Shown: piece by piece, positions 12,346 to 24,689 of the stretch
Layout of the letters: every line of letters starts with the position of its first letter
Numbering within the stretch: the first letter of the stretch is position 1
From: Octopus sinensis
Taxonomy: Eukaryota
NCBI RefSeq assembly: GCF_006345805.1
Contig: NC_043015.1
Coordinates: 8,308,001 to 8,372,000 of the forward strand
Reading direction: 5' to 3'
Length of the DNA stretch: 64,000 nt
Program-made: the position numbers and the translations under genes
The notes under the pieces: generated by a model
Seen by the model: the letters and a program-made list of their open reading frames with translations, nothing else
The model's database searches: none
What the model was told of the DNA's origin: nothing

Positions 12346-12653
12346 ACGTTTTAATGTATGTGTCTACGTATACCTGTGTGTGTATGTCTGTATGTATGTA
12401 TCACCATTGCATCTTTTTCTTGTTTTTTTCTGTTGAAGTTCTTATTTTCACTGTTTTGCATTTCTTTCGTTTTCCTTTTATCTCCCCAGGGAATTCATTG
12501 ACAAGCTTTTTACATTTACTTTGTTTCTTTTAACTTTATTTACGGTGCACCCTCGTATTATTTTCCTCGTCTGGCTTGAAACTCTTGAATTAACATCTGA
12601 ACCACAGTAACTAGATAGTTATTCTATGTAGTTTGATCTTCACATGGTGTCCC

Positions 12654-12782
12654 TCAACCGCGGAGACCCCTGCGACCGGCAGGGGCTACAGGAGCTGCAG
12701 GGCTTAGTGCCGGCCTTGCTGCTTCTACATATACGTCATTCACTCCACCTTTTCCGTCTGGAACAATGTGGACGTATTCATA
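12654..12782 (-). CDS. Candidate terminal host exon, product unknown (YEYVHIVPDGKGGVNDVYVEAARPALSPAAPVAPAGRRGLRG*)
   Basis: GC-rich island in an AT-rich context, open frame (track ORF 12654-12950) and a possible acceptor ...CATATTCCAAG. No TE motif recognised. Confidence 0.4.
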   Translation of the reverse strand, partial: YEYVHIVPDGKGGVNDVYVEAARPALSPAAPVAPAGRRGLRG

Positions 12783-13522
12783 CTTGGAATATGATGGATG
12801 TCGGAAGTTTGAAAATCCCCATACAAAACTCATGAACTGATGGTACCCTCTCAGAGTTACAAGAACATTTGCGCGTCGAAGAGAAGCGTTTAATTTGAAT
12901 ATCAGAATTTCATTTATTATTCTATATGTTATTCGAATTTTCTTGGTCAAATAGCTTTGGTTACTCTGTGACAGCTTTATGTTGTTCTTCTAGATATGTG
13001 TTGACTTTATAAATAGATTTACAGCCTCTCATCCGTTCTTTCGGGACCATTGACAGTTTCAATCATGTGATTTAAAAAAAAATGTATTCTTGACGCTTCT
13101 ATGTTCGCAGTGAAAAAAATACGATGATAAACATTTACAATAAAATTGCTCTTCTAATAAGTCAGGGACAATGAAAGGATTGTTACAGTAATTTTCTGCA
13201 CCGAGGCATTCTATTCGTTTTTAGGAAACATTTTCCCGTCTTGGGAGACAAGACGTTTAATTGCAAGATATGATATAATTCTATCAGAAATCGTCAGAAT
13301 CGAGCATTAATGAACCCCATGTAGCCAATGTTATAACAATAATGACTGCAACTAGTTAAACAACGGATGACCAATTTAAAAAAATGTTATTTTTGGTGTT
13401 AAACATGAAATGGGATTGCTGATTCTGCAGCATGTTTTTCCTTCATATGCTCAGCTCTTGCATCAGAGAAACACTAGTGATCAGCAGCGATGACCGGGTA
13501 GCGATTTTAGACTCCAAATAAT

Positions 13523-13895
13523 CTTTTCTTTGTTTCTGTCATTGGGATGTAGACATGTTTGGGCATCACCTTGAAGAATTCTAGTCGAATGGATTGTCAC
13601 TAGAATTAATCTTTTTCGTCTGGTACATAATCTATTGGCTTGTCTTGTCTTGCCAAACCGCTAGTTACGACAAACTTAAGCAAACAAATATTACATCTTA
13701 GGTGGTCGAATTGGAGCAAGTCCAAACAGAAAGACAGACACATGCATAGACACACAATCACAAACACAAGCACATGTATACATATATGCGACATAATTCT
13801 TTCAGCTTCCTGCCAGCAAATTTACTCAGAAAACTTTTCACATCCGTGGCTATAGTAACATACATATGCTGAAGGTGCCACGCATTCGGACAGAC
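13523..13895 (-). mobile_element. Old degenerate SINE type C
   Basis: Tail, body and GAAGGTGCCACGCA head remnants are colinear with 7122-7584. Confidence 0.65.
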
Positions 13896-14572
13896 AAATA
13901 TCGGATGAGAAATATTTGCGGTGTTCGAGTTAAATATATGAGTGATTACTAAATAAACGAGCGTCAACTTCCTACATATAACGCAATGGATTTAAATATA
14001 GACAAATATGTTAATGCCAGAGATATGAGTGCATACACAGAAAACGTCTCATTTGGAAATCTTAATGTTTAGTTGTTATTCATGGAAAGAGTATTCTAAT
14101 TTTAGAGCAATACCAATGCATACATGTGTAGGAAATTCTCCATCCCGACAGTACATAAAATAATTCGATACATGGTTTGATGTTTATAAGTCTGTGTTTA
14201 ATATGGTACGGTGAAAATTTCATTTCTCGTGTCTAATGAACTAAGGCATATGATTGCAGTTCATTTAGGAAAGAATGACCTAAGGCTACTCGTCGAGAAT
14301 CAATACAATTATAGATATATCGCTACACATTGCGTCAATATTTAGTGCTGCCGACCATCACTTTCCATAGTGGAAGTAAGCAGGGGAATAATTCACAATT
14401 AATATTGAAATTTATAGATATTAAAAGATATATGACGCATCTTGATTCATATTGGCATAGAAACAATTTTGGACAAATTATTGCATGACAGAGATTTAAC
14501 GTCTGAACATACATGGTGCATATTTCACGTTAGAAAACGTGTGCGTGACAACGCTTACTATAAATGCATGTA

Positions 14573-14622
<50 letters not shown>

Positions 14623-15449
14623 AGCGACAGAGTTAATATTAGTGTTGAATGGTAATTTGTATACACTACAGGAAGTGAATGAACTCCAAGAACGGCAGAA
14701 TACTTCGTATGAATTAGACTATAGAATGCTTTATGAATAGGCATGTGTGTGTGAGTGTGGTGTGTCTCTGTGTGTGTATGGACAACTTACACACGCACAG
14801 CAGCAAACACAGGTACACACACACATATATATATAAAAGCATTCCAGCATTATAGGATATACGTTCTCTTGTGTAGGCAAAGCTAAAAAAATACAAAAAA
14901 TATAATAGCTATTTTCTGTAACAGTCGTATAAAATATAGTGCACCCGAATTATCTTCTGCCTACAGAAGGTAATACTGGTGCTATAAATATTTTTTCTTC
15001 AGAGGCAATGATATCCAACACGTTTTACAAATCACTATTTCTTTTTGTGCGGGCCCAAATCCCACACAAAATGCAAACAATTCGCTCCTAACAAGAGGAA
15101 AACCGAGCCTGTCCATGCGAACAATGTGTTAAAAGCCACTAACAGTTTTTAATCACGTGAGAGTCCTAAAGAGAACAACTGCAACAAAACGACGTCAAAC
15201 AATAAATAACCAACTCAACGTCATGGCTCGCTGACTGTTTTTTCATTTCATTGAATACTGAGGGCCCTACACGGTAAAGACGAACAAGGGCGGACAAAAC
15301 AGCACAAATGGGGCAAGAAAATATTAACGAATGAATGAAATGGATTTATACAATGATGAAGGTGCGATGCCTACTCGATCGTCACGTTCGAGTAATACCA
15401 TTATAACTACATGTTTTTTCTCTTCTTTTATGCCAACGATTATCAAATT

Positions 15450-16600
15450 AATTTATCTTAATTATATAAAATAATGGTTTCACTTGTTCAAATTCTATCA
15501 TAGGTGGCAGATTAACGTATCTTACCTCCCGCCCCAGTGGGTTCACGCCATTGTCAAAGCTTGCTTTTAATTTTTTGTAATTTCTTTTTATGTTTATTAA
15601 TATACACTCCATGCCTGTTACGCATATATTTTCCTCCCCTACAATTATGATTGCCAACTTCATTTATGCAATTTTTCCTCAATGGACTCGCTCGTCCAAT
15701 AGTTCGTTAGATACTCCCTGTGTCTGGTCTGTAATGCCTGTGTGTCAGCTTGTGTTTCTGCTTGTATGTATTCATCTGGAGATTCTGTGCTGTCTGTGTT
15801 TACTAATGTGATAAACTGTGTGGATGTCTGTATGTTACTTCCTTGCTTCTTTTTCTTTTTTTTTTGTTTTTCTGGGGTGGGGAGTTTGTAACACCCTCCG
15901 CATTCTCTTCTGTTTTTCTTGGACTCATCTCTGCTTTCTACATTTGCTTTTTCTGTATTTTACTTTGATTTCTTGTCTCTGTTCTTTGCTTCTTGTATCT
16001 CCTCTACTGGTACTTGGCTATTAAAAAGGTGTCAACTCGCCGTAATGTGCCCCTTCTTTCTGCAGTAGTAGCAGGGGGGAGGCCTTCCTTCTACCACCAC
16101 TCGTAGCTTCACATCTTCTGGTGACCCTATCTCTTCGGTAATTTCCTGTAGGTCCAGTCATGTGGCCTGGATTATAATTGCCAGGCCGTATCCCCCACAA
16201 TTCAATTGTTTGCTGCGGCTTACTTGCAGTAATTCTGGATTCTCCTTTGTTTCTATTAAGATTGCTGCAAGCAGCTTCATCTCATTAATCTCAGGTAGGC
16301 ACCCAACCAATCTTCGTTTTTGTTACTCTTTTCCCGAGATATGTTGGCAAGAATGCCCATTTTCTGTTTTCAATGTTACAGTGGAGTACATTACTGCATC
16401 CTCCACAGCAGGGAAGCGCAGCTTCACTGTACCAAACTTTCTTCCTCTGCTGTAAGATTAAACATTAATTCTTATATCTTTTAAACACTCTTCTATATCT
16501 TCCTCGCTAGCCATTTCTATCTTCTGATGTATGGATAGTTGAAGGTACTTTAGCACTTGTGAGGAATTTCTTGAGGGAATTTAGTTCTCTTTTACTTTTG
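15450..16600 (-). mobile_element. Non-LTR retroelement ORF1 (gag-like, CCHC zinc knuckle) pseudogene, copy 1
   Basis: Minus translation with frameshifts: EMASEEDIEECL...SYSRGRKFGTVKLRF...LPTYLGKRVTKTKIGWV...LRVVVEGRPPPCYYCRKKGHITAS*. Homologous to 47880-49330. Confidence 0.7.
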
Positions 16601-16604
16601 AGTA

Positions 16605-18060
16605 TTTTGAGTATTTCTATAAGTTGTTCAAATGTGTACGTCCATAGGATTAGGCACTCATCTAAGTAACGTTTCCAGTTACCTAGTAGATATTTGTGGA
16701 AGACACAGCCATATATTAATTTGGCTTGTTCATATATCTGACCCTCCATATATGCCATGACTAGATTGGCGTACGTCGCAACTTTTTTTCCCAATCGCAT
16801 CCTAGATATTTGCTTTCAATTTTTGCCATCGAAATCAATAGTGCTGTTTTCGAAGATAAATATTAATCATTCAGTGATGAAACGTTTTTCAGTTCTGTCC
16901 GGAATCTCATGAGGGAATTTCTCAAGCCAGACATTTATTACCTCTAGTCTATATTGGTGCTGGATTGTGGTACAAAAGTTCACCACATTAAAAGATACAA
17001 CAGTGGTATCACTGTCTATGTATTTTGGAAGGTGATTTAACAGGTCCATGTCCTCAGAAATCTTGGTATGTATTTTAAAATAGATTTCAGCAATATATCT
17101 AAAAATTCCTGAATCTGTGTGTTTCACAGTTCAGGTCAGCTATGATGAGACTAAATTAAAGGTCAGCGTGATAGTGTATGTTTATGCAAAATAAAGTTGG
17201 TTCTGTACATGCATCCTGAATAGCTTGATTCTTTTCGATTTATATGAAACCGTAGAAGCAGCTAGTCTTGCAATTAAAATGGATTAGGTAGTCACATTCT
17301 TTGTTTGTTAAACGTTTTTGATGTCTGTGAATGAACATGTTCAGTTTAGTGAATGCCTTTGATTTTTGGTACTTGCTTACCTTTTCGTAGCGGGTCATAT
17401 CTTGTAACATAGATAGTATATCTTGTTTGTAGTATTCAATATCCATAATGACTACAGCACTTCCCTTATCTGCCTCCTTAATTATAATGCCGTTATTGTT
17501 TTTCAGTTCCTGTATAATATCCCATTCCTTTAGACTTGTATTGGATTTGATCTTCGGGTGAGGAATTTCTTTATAATAGAAGGTAGAAACAAAATTACAA
17601 AAATTATCAAAAGCTTTATTCTTAAATTTTGTAGGCTTATAATTGATATTGCTTCTTACAATTGAATCGTATCTGATTTCTTTATCGTACAATTCCTCTG
17701 TTAAGAATAGTATTCTACACAACTGTAAACTGTCATTCTGTATTTCACTGGAGTTAGAGTGCTGTGGTGTTGGGATTAATTTGAGGCCTTTTTGACAAAT
17801 TATTAATTTCTTCTACTGAAAAAAATTTTTTCGATGATTTAATTATCTTTGGTTTCTCATCTTCGGTTTGTACCATCTATTGCCGAAAAGTCTGTCACTT
17901 TGATTTTTCAGTTTTCCTTTTATTACTATTTATATATTCAAGGACGTTTTCTCTATTAACTTGTGGTCTTTTGTATCGAACTTGTTCATTTGTTGTTCTG
18001 GACTGCGTTTGTTTCTGTAATTGTCTTTTAAGTTGATATTTTTCATCCATTATGTATGCC
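16605..18060 (-). mobile_element. Penelope-like element, N-terminal domain plus RT, 3'-truncated
   Basis: LSK-GLKLIPTP, IIIKEADKGSAVVIMD, VVSFNVVNFCTTIQH (SFDVxSLYTNIPH), TYANLVMAYME and WKRYLDE (RYIDD) in the expected order, across track ORFs 17240-17722, 16867-17127 and 16507-16800. Confidence 0.9.
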
Positions 18061-18629
18061 TTCGGTTTCAGGGAAAGTTCACTCCAGTCGGAGAGAAACG
18101 TCGATTTTTTTGTTGTATTATGTTTTGTCGAATTACCCTTGAATTGTTCTTTAGGATTTAGTGGATATAATTACTGACTAATCAGTTGTAAATGGGGTTT
18201 GTGGGATTTAAGTTTCTTTAGGAATCGGCTCTCGGTAGTGTACTCGTTTTTGAAACGAGATTCATAATTAGAGAACCAAAGAGCACATCTCTCCTACCTT
18301 AACATGGTAATTCCCCGATCTCACATTTTTCTTCACAAAGTATAATATTGTTTTCTCGGCCTTCAGATGTTTTTCTTTTAAATTTCTATTTGCATTTGTT
18401 TATGAATCGTTTAACATTTTTCTATGCTAATTTGAGCCATGAACTCTCCATAAAAGATAGGGCAAACTTCAAACACTAGTCCGAAACAAGACAACTGCGA
18501 TATAAACTATATCATCCTATTTGAACTTTTGAAGATCAATGTAAACTGTGAAACAGGTTAATGCGCTTCAAATATATTAACAAAAGATATTTTAACTATT
18601 CTCCGTGCATTTTTAACTTCTATTTTTCC

Positions 18630-18730
<101 letters not shown>

Positions 18731-18779
18731 TGTATATATAAATCAAGAGCAATGACCTAATATATTTAACTACATAACA

Positions 18780-19370
18780 ACCAGTAGTATTTTTTCAAGT
18801 GCTGTGGCTGGCGTAAAATATATATACCTAGGACATCCCATATAAATAAAATGCTACTGAATAATATTAACCAATACGATGTACACATTATAAAATTCCA
18901 GCATTTTGCAAAAGCTTGTTCCTATATTCTAACTACACCTAAAGTTATACTAACTTATCACACTTCTATTAATAAACCTCATGGTTTTGATCAATGCAGT
19001 CGACCACATCAGATCCAATGATGACTAGAATTAGGTTTCATTTTTGTAACAGATTTTGTTCTGGGCCATATTTTGACATTCTACTACCATGTAAACGTAC
19101 TTGATGGCCTTTTGATATTTAGCATTCCGGTTCCACGTATCCATATATTTTATGCCGTAACTATTCTTTTAAAGTATCATTGAAGTGGTTACTCTTTGAT
19201 AACGGCCTTGTTTCCGTAATCCTATACTTTTGAACTTCCTCACCTGCACTGACATTTGCTTTTAATCTTTGATATTGTTTATAATATACGATTCATTAAA
19301 ATTACTTGTAATAATCCCTTTGTCAATCTCGGAGACGCGTTCACTTTTCATCCCTAGGGACCGGTTTTAT
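18780..19370 (-). mobile_element. Possible decayed Tc1-like transposase N-terminal half
   Basis: VSEIDKGII resembles the Tc1 N-terminal ELSEFEKGxI motif; other motifs are faint. Confidence 0.3.
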
Positions 19371-19518
19371 GTTTACAAACGGCTGTATTATATGTGCTCG
19401 TGCAGATATGTATGCATATGTGGATGTTTATGAATAGATGAATGCATAAGATTTAATAAATACATATATATCTGTATGTATGTTTTTTTATGTATATATG
19501 TATAAGTGTGTATGTATG

Positions 19519-19551
<33 letters not shown>

Positions 19552-20589
19552 TCTTTATACGTACATATATTCACACACATCCATCTATACATGCACACAC
19601 ATAGACATATACATATACATACATACACACACACACACTCGCACAAACCACATATATGCGTATTTTAAACATACACACGGCTTTTGACGCTCTCACGCTT
19701 ACATTTCCTGCAATCCCACTCTCTATTTTTCCTTGCGTGTATAGCAATGTATGTATAAACGTATGTATATTTAGGAGTGCCTTCGTGTGTCAGTGAGCGT
19801 CTATCTGTTTCTTTTGCGCGTGCACAAACACACAGACACATTCACACAGACACACACTTATATTTCATACACTGGTGTGTACGTAGTGATGAGTGTGTAA
19901 ATGTCTGTGTTTGTGTGTATACAGTTTTTATACTTTTATCTTTATATGTATATTTCTAGTCCTGTGGGCACGGTTCTATGTATGTGTGTTTTGTTCTTGT
20001 GTCACTTCAGTTCATTATGCCGGAAAGTATATTTGAGGTGTGGTTAGAGTGCGTGAGTAATGTTTTTGAAGGCACACACTTATTCTCTGATGTTTTTTGA
20101 CATTGTTGAACCCTTATTAAATCCTGCTTCTGTTGAATACAATTTCTTGGTTTTACTTGACCGACCATTCAAATATGATTTCTATGGAATCTTAAATCTT
20201 CAGCTGTTTCGTTCCCACTAACCTATCTATACAATGCCTTTGAGTAGAGATTAACATATATTGTTTGTTTTTTTTATATTTCTCATTCAATTGCTTAAAT
20301 TAATTACTTGTTACTCAATCTATTTTTATCGCATTTCTTCTTCTATTATGTCTATGTTGACAATTGTCAATTCTTTAGATTTATAACAACCACTTTAACT
20401 TAATAGATATCAAATGATACATTTGACCAAATTACTCTAATTTTTTTCAGTTTTGGCCTTCCATACATTGTATATATAAATGAGTAAATTATTTCTATAT
20501 ATCAAGAGATAAATTGTTTATTTAAGCATGACATTTCGGTCATCTGATGACCCACTTCACTTCATTTATATCTATTTTTGAATATGCAG

Positions 20590-21167
20590 TTGTTTGGTAT
20601 CATTACTGTTTGGCTGCATTTTTGAAATTTTAAAATTGAGTGAAGACCTTGCAATGTGATATTTCGATGTAAAATTTTCCGCTGAACCCCAGGGCATATT
20701 CCATTTCCGAGAAAGCTTTTTCTAAAAAAGGTTTTTGAAGTTTAAAAATAAGATTCTGTCGCTGTCATTTTGTGCGTGGTTGCACGTGTTGTCCACTGTT
20801 ATGAAATTAAATATTGAGGGTACTCTGCAAAAAACAAGCCATCACAAAAAGAATTGGTGCTAAACTTAAAGCCTGTTTAAATGTTACTTGCACCTTCGGA
20901 CTATCATTTGTTTCATAGTTTACAGAATCATTTGCGGAACATAACTTTCGCAAGCCAGAAGGAAATCGAAACTAACATTTGAGAGTTCTTCGTTTTGAAA
21001 CCAAATGAGTTTTACCTTGATGGGATGAAAAAGCTTATAAATAGATGTAATGAAATCATAGATAATCAGGGAAAGTACAAAGATGATAATATTTCAATTA
21101 AATATAGCTTTTGATCACTTGTTTTCTTTATTCAAAATTCGGACAGAAATTATGGGATGACCTGATA
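20590..21167 (+). mobile_element. Internally deleted mariner relic with right TIR
   Basis: LAPSDYHLFHSLQNHLRNITFASQKEIETNI*EFFVLKPNEFYLDGMKKLINRCNEIIDNQGKY, then TIR-like AAATTCGGACAGAAATTATGGGATGACCTGA-TA. Confidence 0.8.
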
Positions 21168-21919
21168 AATTCTTTCAAACTTCCGATTCTGGTTGAATGT
21201 GTCACATAGAACAGGATCTACTCTCAACGTTTGTGAGAAAATTGTGTATTTTAGATGTGGTATTTCGCCTGTATTTACGTTCTTAGTTGAAATTCCGCCG
21301 AGGTCAATTTAGCCTTTCATCCATTTCGGATCTATTCAATTAGACTTACAAATTATTGAATTAATGAAAGAACCTCTACCTAGTCGCTCGACACGCTATA
21401 GATAGCAGCTAATGTATACCCCATACCTAAATCACACGCCCATTATACGTAATGCCCTAGATTATCCCTAAAAGACGGTTTAATGAAGGCTGGAATGCCT
21501 TTGATGATAGATTTGCAGTATGGTAAATTTCTATAATATTAGCCGTACGATATTCACTAAGAAAAATAAAGTTGTAATTACCTGCTTTTATATAAAACTA
21601 TTTATTTTATTATTTGTCTACAAGGATAACATTTTGATAAATGTTGATACTTTCACACGCACGATTTTCACAAAGAAAAAAAACCTTGATTTTTTGCGTG
21701 GAATCAATTATTCTGACCTCCTAATATGCTGCAAATCCCTTATTTTGGTTCCCGGAAATGAGGAATCCCGGAAATATTGGAAAAAATGTGTTCTCGTTCA
21801 ATGAATTCCTGGGACTTCCTAATATTGCCAAATTAGGTTACTTAAGTTGAGGCTGGTAATGGATGATTTTGAGGTTTTATCGTTTGTTACTTTTCGTGAG
21901 CTATGGTGCAACCAACAAC

Positions 21920-22440
21920 ATGGTAAAAATCTCTGTTGTAACTCATCGTCCTTCTTTGAATTGGAATTCCGAAACTTCTTTTTAGGTTGAGGCGCGTAAC
22001 AGAATATGCACCTCCACATTTTTGAACTATTGGTATCGCTGTTGTTGAGTAAAGCTTCATGTTTCTCAGTAGTCATTTTACGGAATTTTCTTTCATATAT
22101 TTCATGAATTTGTGTGTTTGTAGAATGTTATTCATCTTTGAATCACAAAGGGACATTGGTAGATTTTGAATAATGGTGTTGTATGAAACGAAGTCTCTAG
22201 GGATGTGTCGATATAGATATAAGGTATTACTTGTAGATGAGGTGTAGGGTTTCGTTTTCTTTCCTGTTGCGCTTTGATATCTATTTTCTTGGCACAATTA
22301 ATCCCATCATCTACAAGTGAGGGAGGATACCGCCTCTTTCCTAGTGTAGTTTCTAAGGTCTTGGCGTCAAATATCCCGAGTGTGTGCATCTGACACTATT
22401 GAGGAAAGAGTTTCCGATATGTGTGTGCGAATGCCTGATT
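21920..22440 (-). mobile_element. Penelope-like element fragment (RT thumb to linker)
   Basis: RIC..IVSDAHTRD, KRRYPPSLVDDGINCAKKIDI, QVIPY, YNTIIQNLPM, then LLRNMKLYST...VQKCG. Confidence 0.75.
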
Positions 22441-22508
22441 GTGTGTGTGTGTGTGTGTGAATATATATATTCCTATGTGTTTCGTTTATATATATATATA
22501 TACAAACA

Positions 22509-22574
<66 letters not shown>

Positions 22575-23018
22575 ATATATATATATATATGCGAGCACAC
22601 ATATGTACGTGTGTGTATATATGCATTTTGTCTGGAACAATAACAAAATTGATTAAACTACAAAAGTGTATCTTCCATAAAATACATAAAAGCAATAAGC
22701 GGTGACATAGCTGCTGTACTTTGCATTTGCTATCGATTATTCTATAAAGACTTCTACTTAACAACTTATACTCCATTGGGCATTGCCAACCAATTGACCA
22801 GATAATACGGTATTTATGTCAAAACCCGAAGCCAACTACGTGGAAATTAGCATCCGCTCTATCGATTAAAACTTATATCTTTGCGCTTTATTTATCTTTA
22901 TGTAACCTGTTGAATAATTACCCAACATCGCACAGTCGTTTCAAAATCGTTTTTTAACGCAACTTCTTTTTCATATTCTGTGTGTGTGTCTGTTTGCGTG
23001 CGTGTGTACATCTGTCTG

Positions 23019-23221
<203 letters not shown>

Positions 23222-23778
23222 GTATAGTAACGCATAATTTGTTAGTTGATTGTCCTGAAAGCATTGTATTTCATTGAATCAGGTTTAGGTAGGTGTTAGA
23301 CAAATTCTTCTTCAAATTTATTTCTTAAATTCGACGTTCGTATGTATATTTGAAGTACTCTAATTATGTCATGCAGGCGAATACATATTGAATGCTGCGT
23401 ACAGAGACAGCCTGGCGATAAAACCGTATATATTAAGTGGTGAAGTTGATCATGAACGATTAGACGTTTCTTTTTCAGGATCCATTTCTTATCTTACTAA
23501 TCAAACCCGAGTTATATGTGTTACAAATATAATATTGTTATCATAATACAACATTACATACTGTCCTACAGGCTAGTGATCACAATAATGACAATACGTT
23601 TGTGCACCCGAAGAAAAAACTCATAGTTCATCTTTTTATGATTGAGCGTAACACATGTGGGAAGGTAATTTGAACCTTGACTTTTATCTCCTCTAGATGA
23701 TGTCCACATTGAAACGTCGGTGCTTGTGACATCTTAACGTGATGACTTCCTTATGAGCGTAATACCAAACACAATGTA

Positions 23779-24340
23779 TTGGGTTATCCGGAAAGTTCGT
23801 GCCGATTTTTAAAGGAAAGAAAAATCAATAAATGCCATTACATTTTTAATCAACCAAACATGAACCATTTTATTGCACAATGCGTCTCCATCTTTCCTTT
23901 AACTTGAAAATACTCCCTTCACAGAATTGAGGTGGTTTCATGGCAAAGAATTCATCAAGGTATCATTTTACGTCATCCAAGGAATTGAAATTTTTACCTT
24001 GGAGACTATTCTGCAGAGATCTGAATAAGTGGAAATCCGAAGGAGCAATATAGCTGGTGAATATTGAGGGTGAGGTAATACATCCCAGCCGAGCTGCAGC
24101 AATTTTTTTCTGGTTCCCAAAGCATCTATCGCCGAGAAAGAACTTTCTTATCTTCCATTTTAAAGGGTTACATAATTAAAACAGGTTATAAGAACATAAC
24201 TCTTCTTCCACGAAAAGATGGCTTAAACTGTGCTCTGAATGGAGGTGTAGTCAAATCCTATTTTATAGACTCAACCATGTACTAAAATAAGTCGAAATGT
24301 AAGCTGTTATAAATCAGCACGAACTTTCCGGACAACCTAA
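23779..24340 (-). mobile_element. Internally deleted mariner (562 bp) with both TIRs and TA duplications
   Basis: TIRs TTGGGTTATCCGGAAAGTTCGTGCCGATTT / AAATCAGCACGAACTTTCCGGACAACCTAA; TA at 23777-78 and 24341-42. Translation GWDVLPHPQYSP.IAPSDFHLFRSLQNSLQGKNFNSLDDVK. Confidence 0.95.
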
Positions 24341-24689
24341 TACATTGTAATTGCATAAATGATACTGGATCTTCAAGCAAAAGTTTCTCATACTGCAATG
24401 TCCCGCCATGCACGAGTGTCGTCGTTGTTCAATGAGTGCAGCAATAATTAGATGGTCGACCGAAGGTAACAACGGTAACGTTATGAATTGTTACTATTGA
24501 AGTGAACCTGCCAAAATTATATGTGGATAGAGTAAGACTAATGCATCGATAGAAATATATGTTCCAAATACTTCTAGATCAGAAAAGTATTCAGTAATGG
24601 AAACAGAGTTGCCCTCCCTGTTTGTACTGGAAGAAACATTCAAATCATTAAAAGAGTAAGGTGTTTACATTGAAAACGAAACAAAACAA

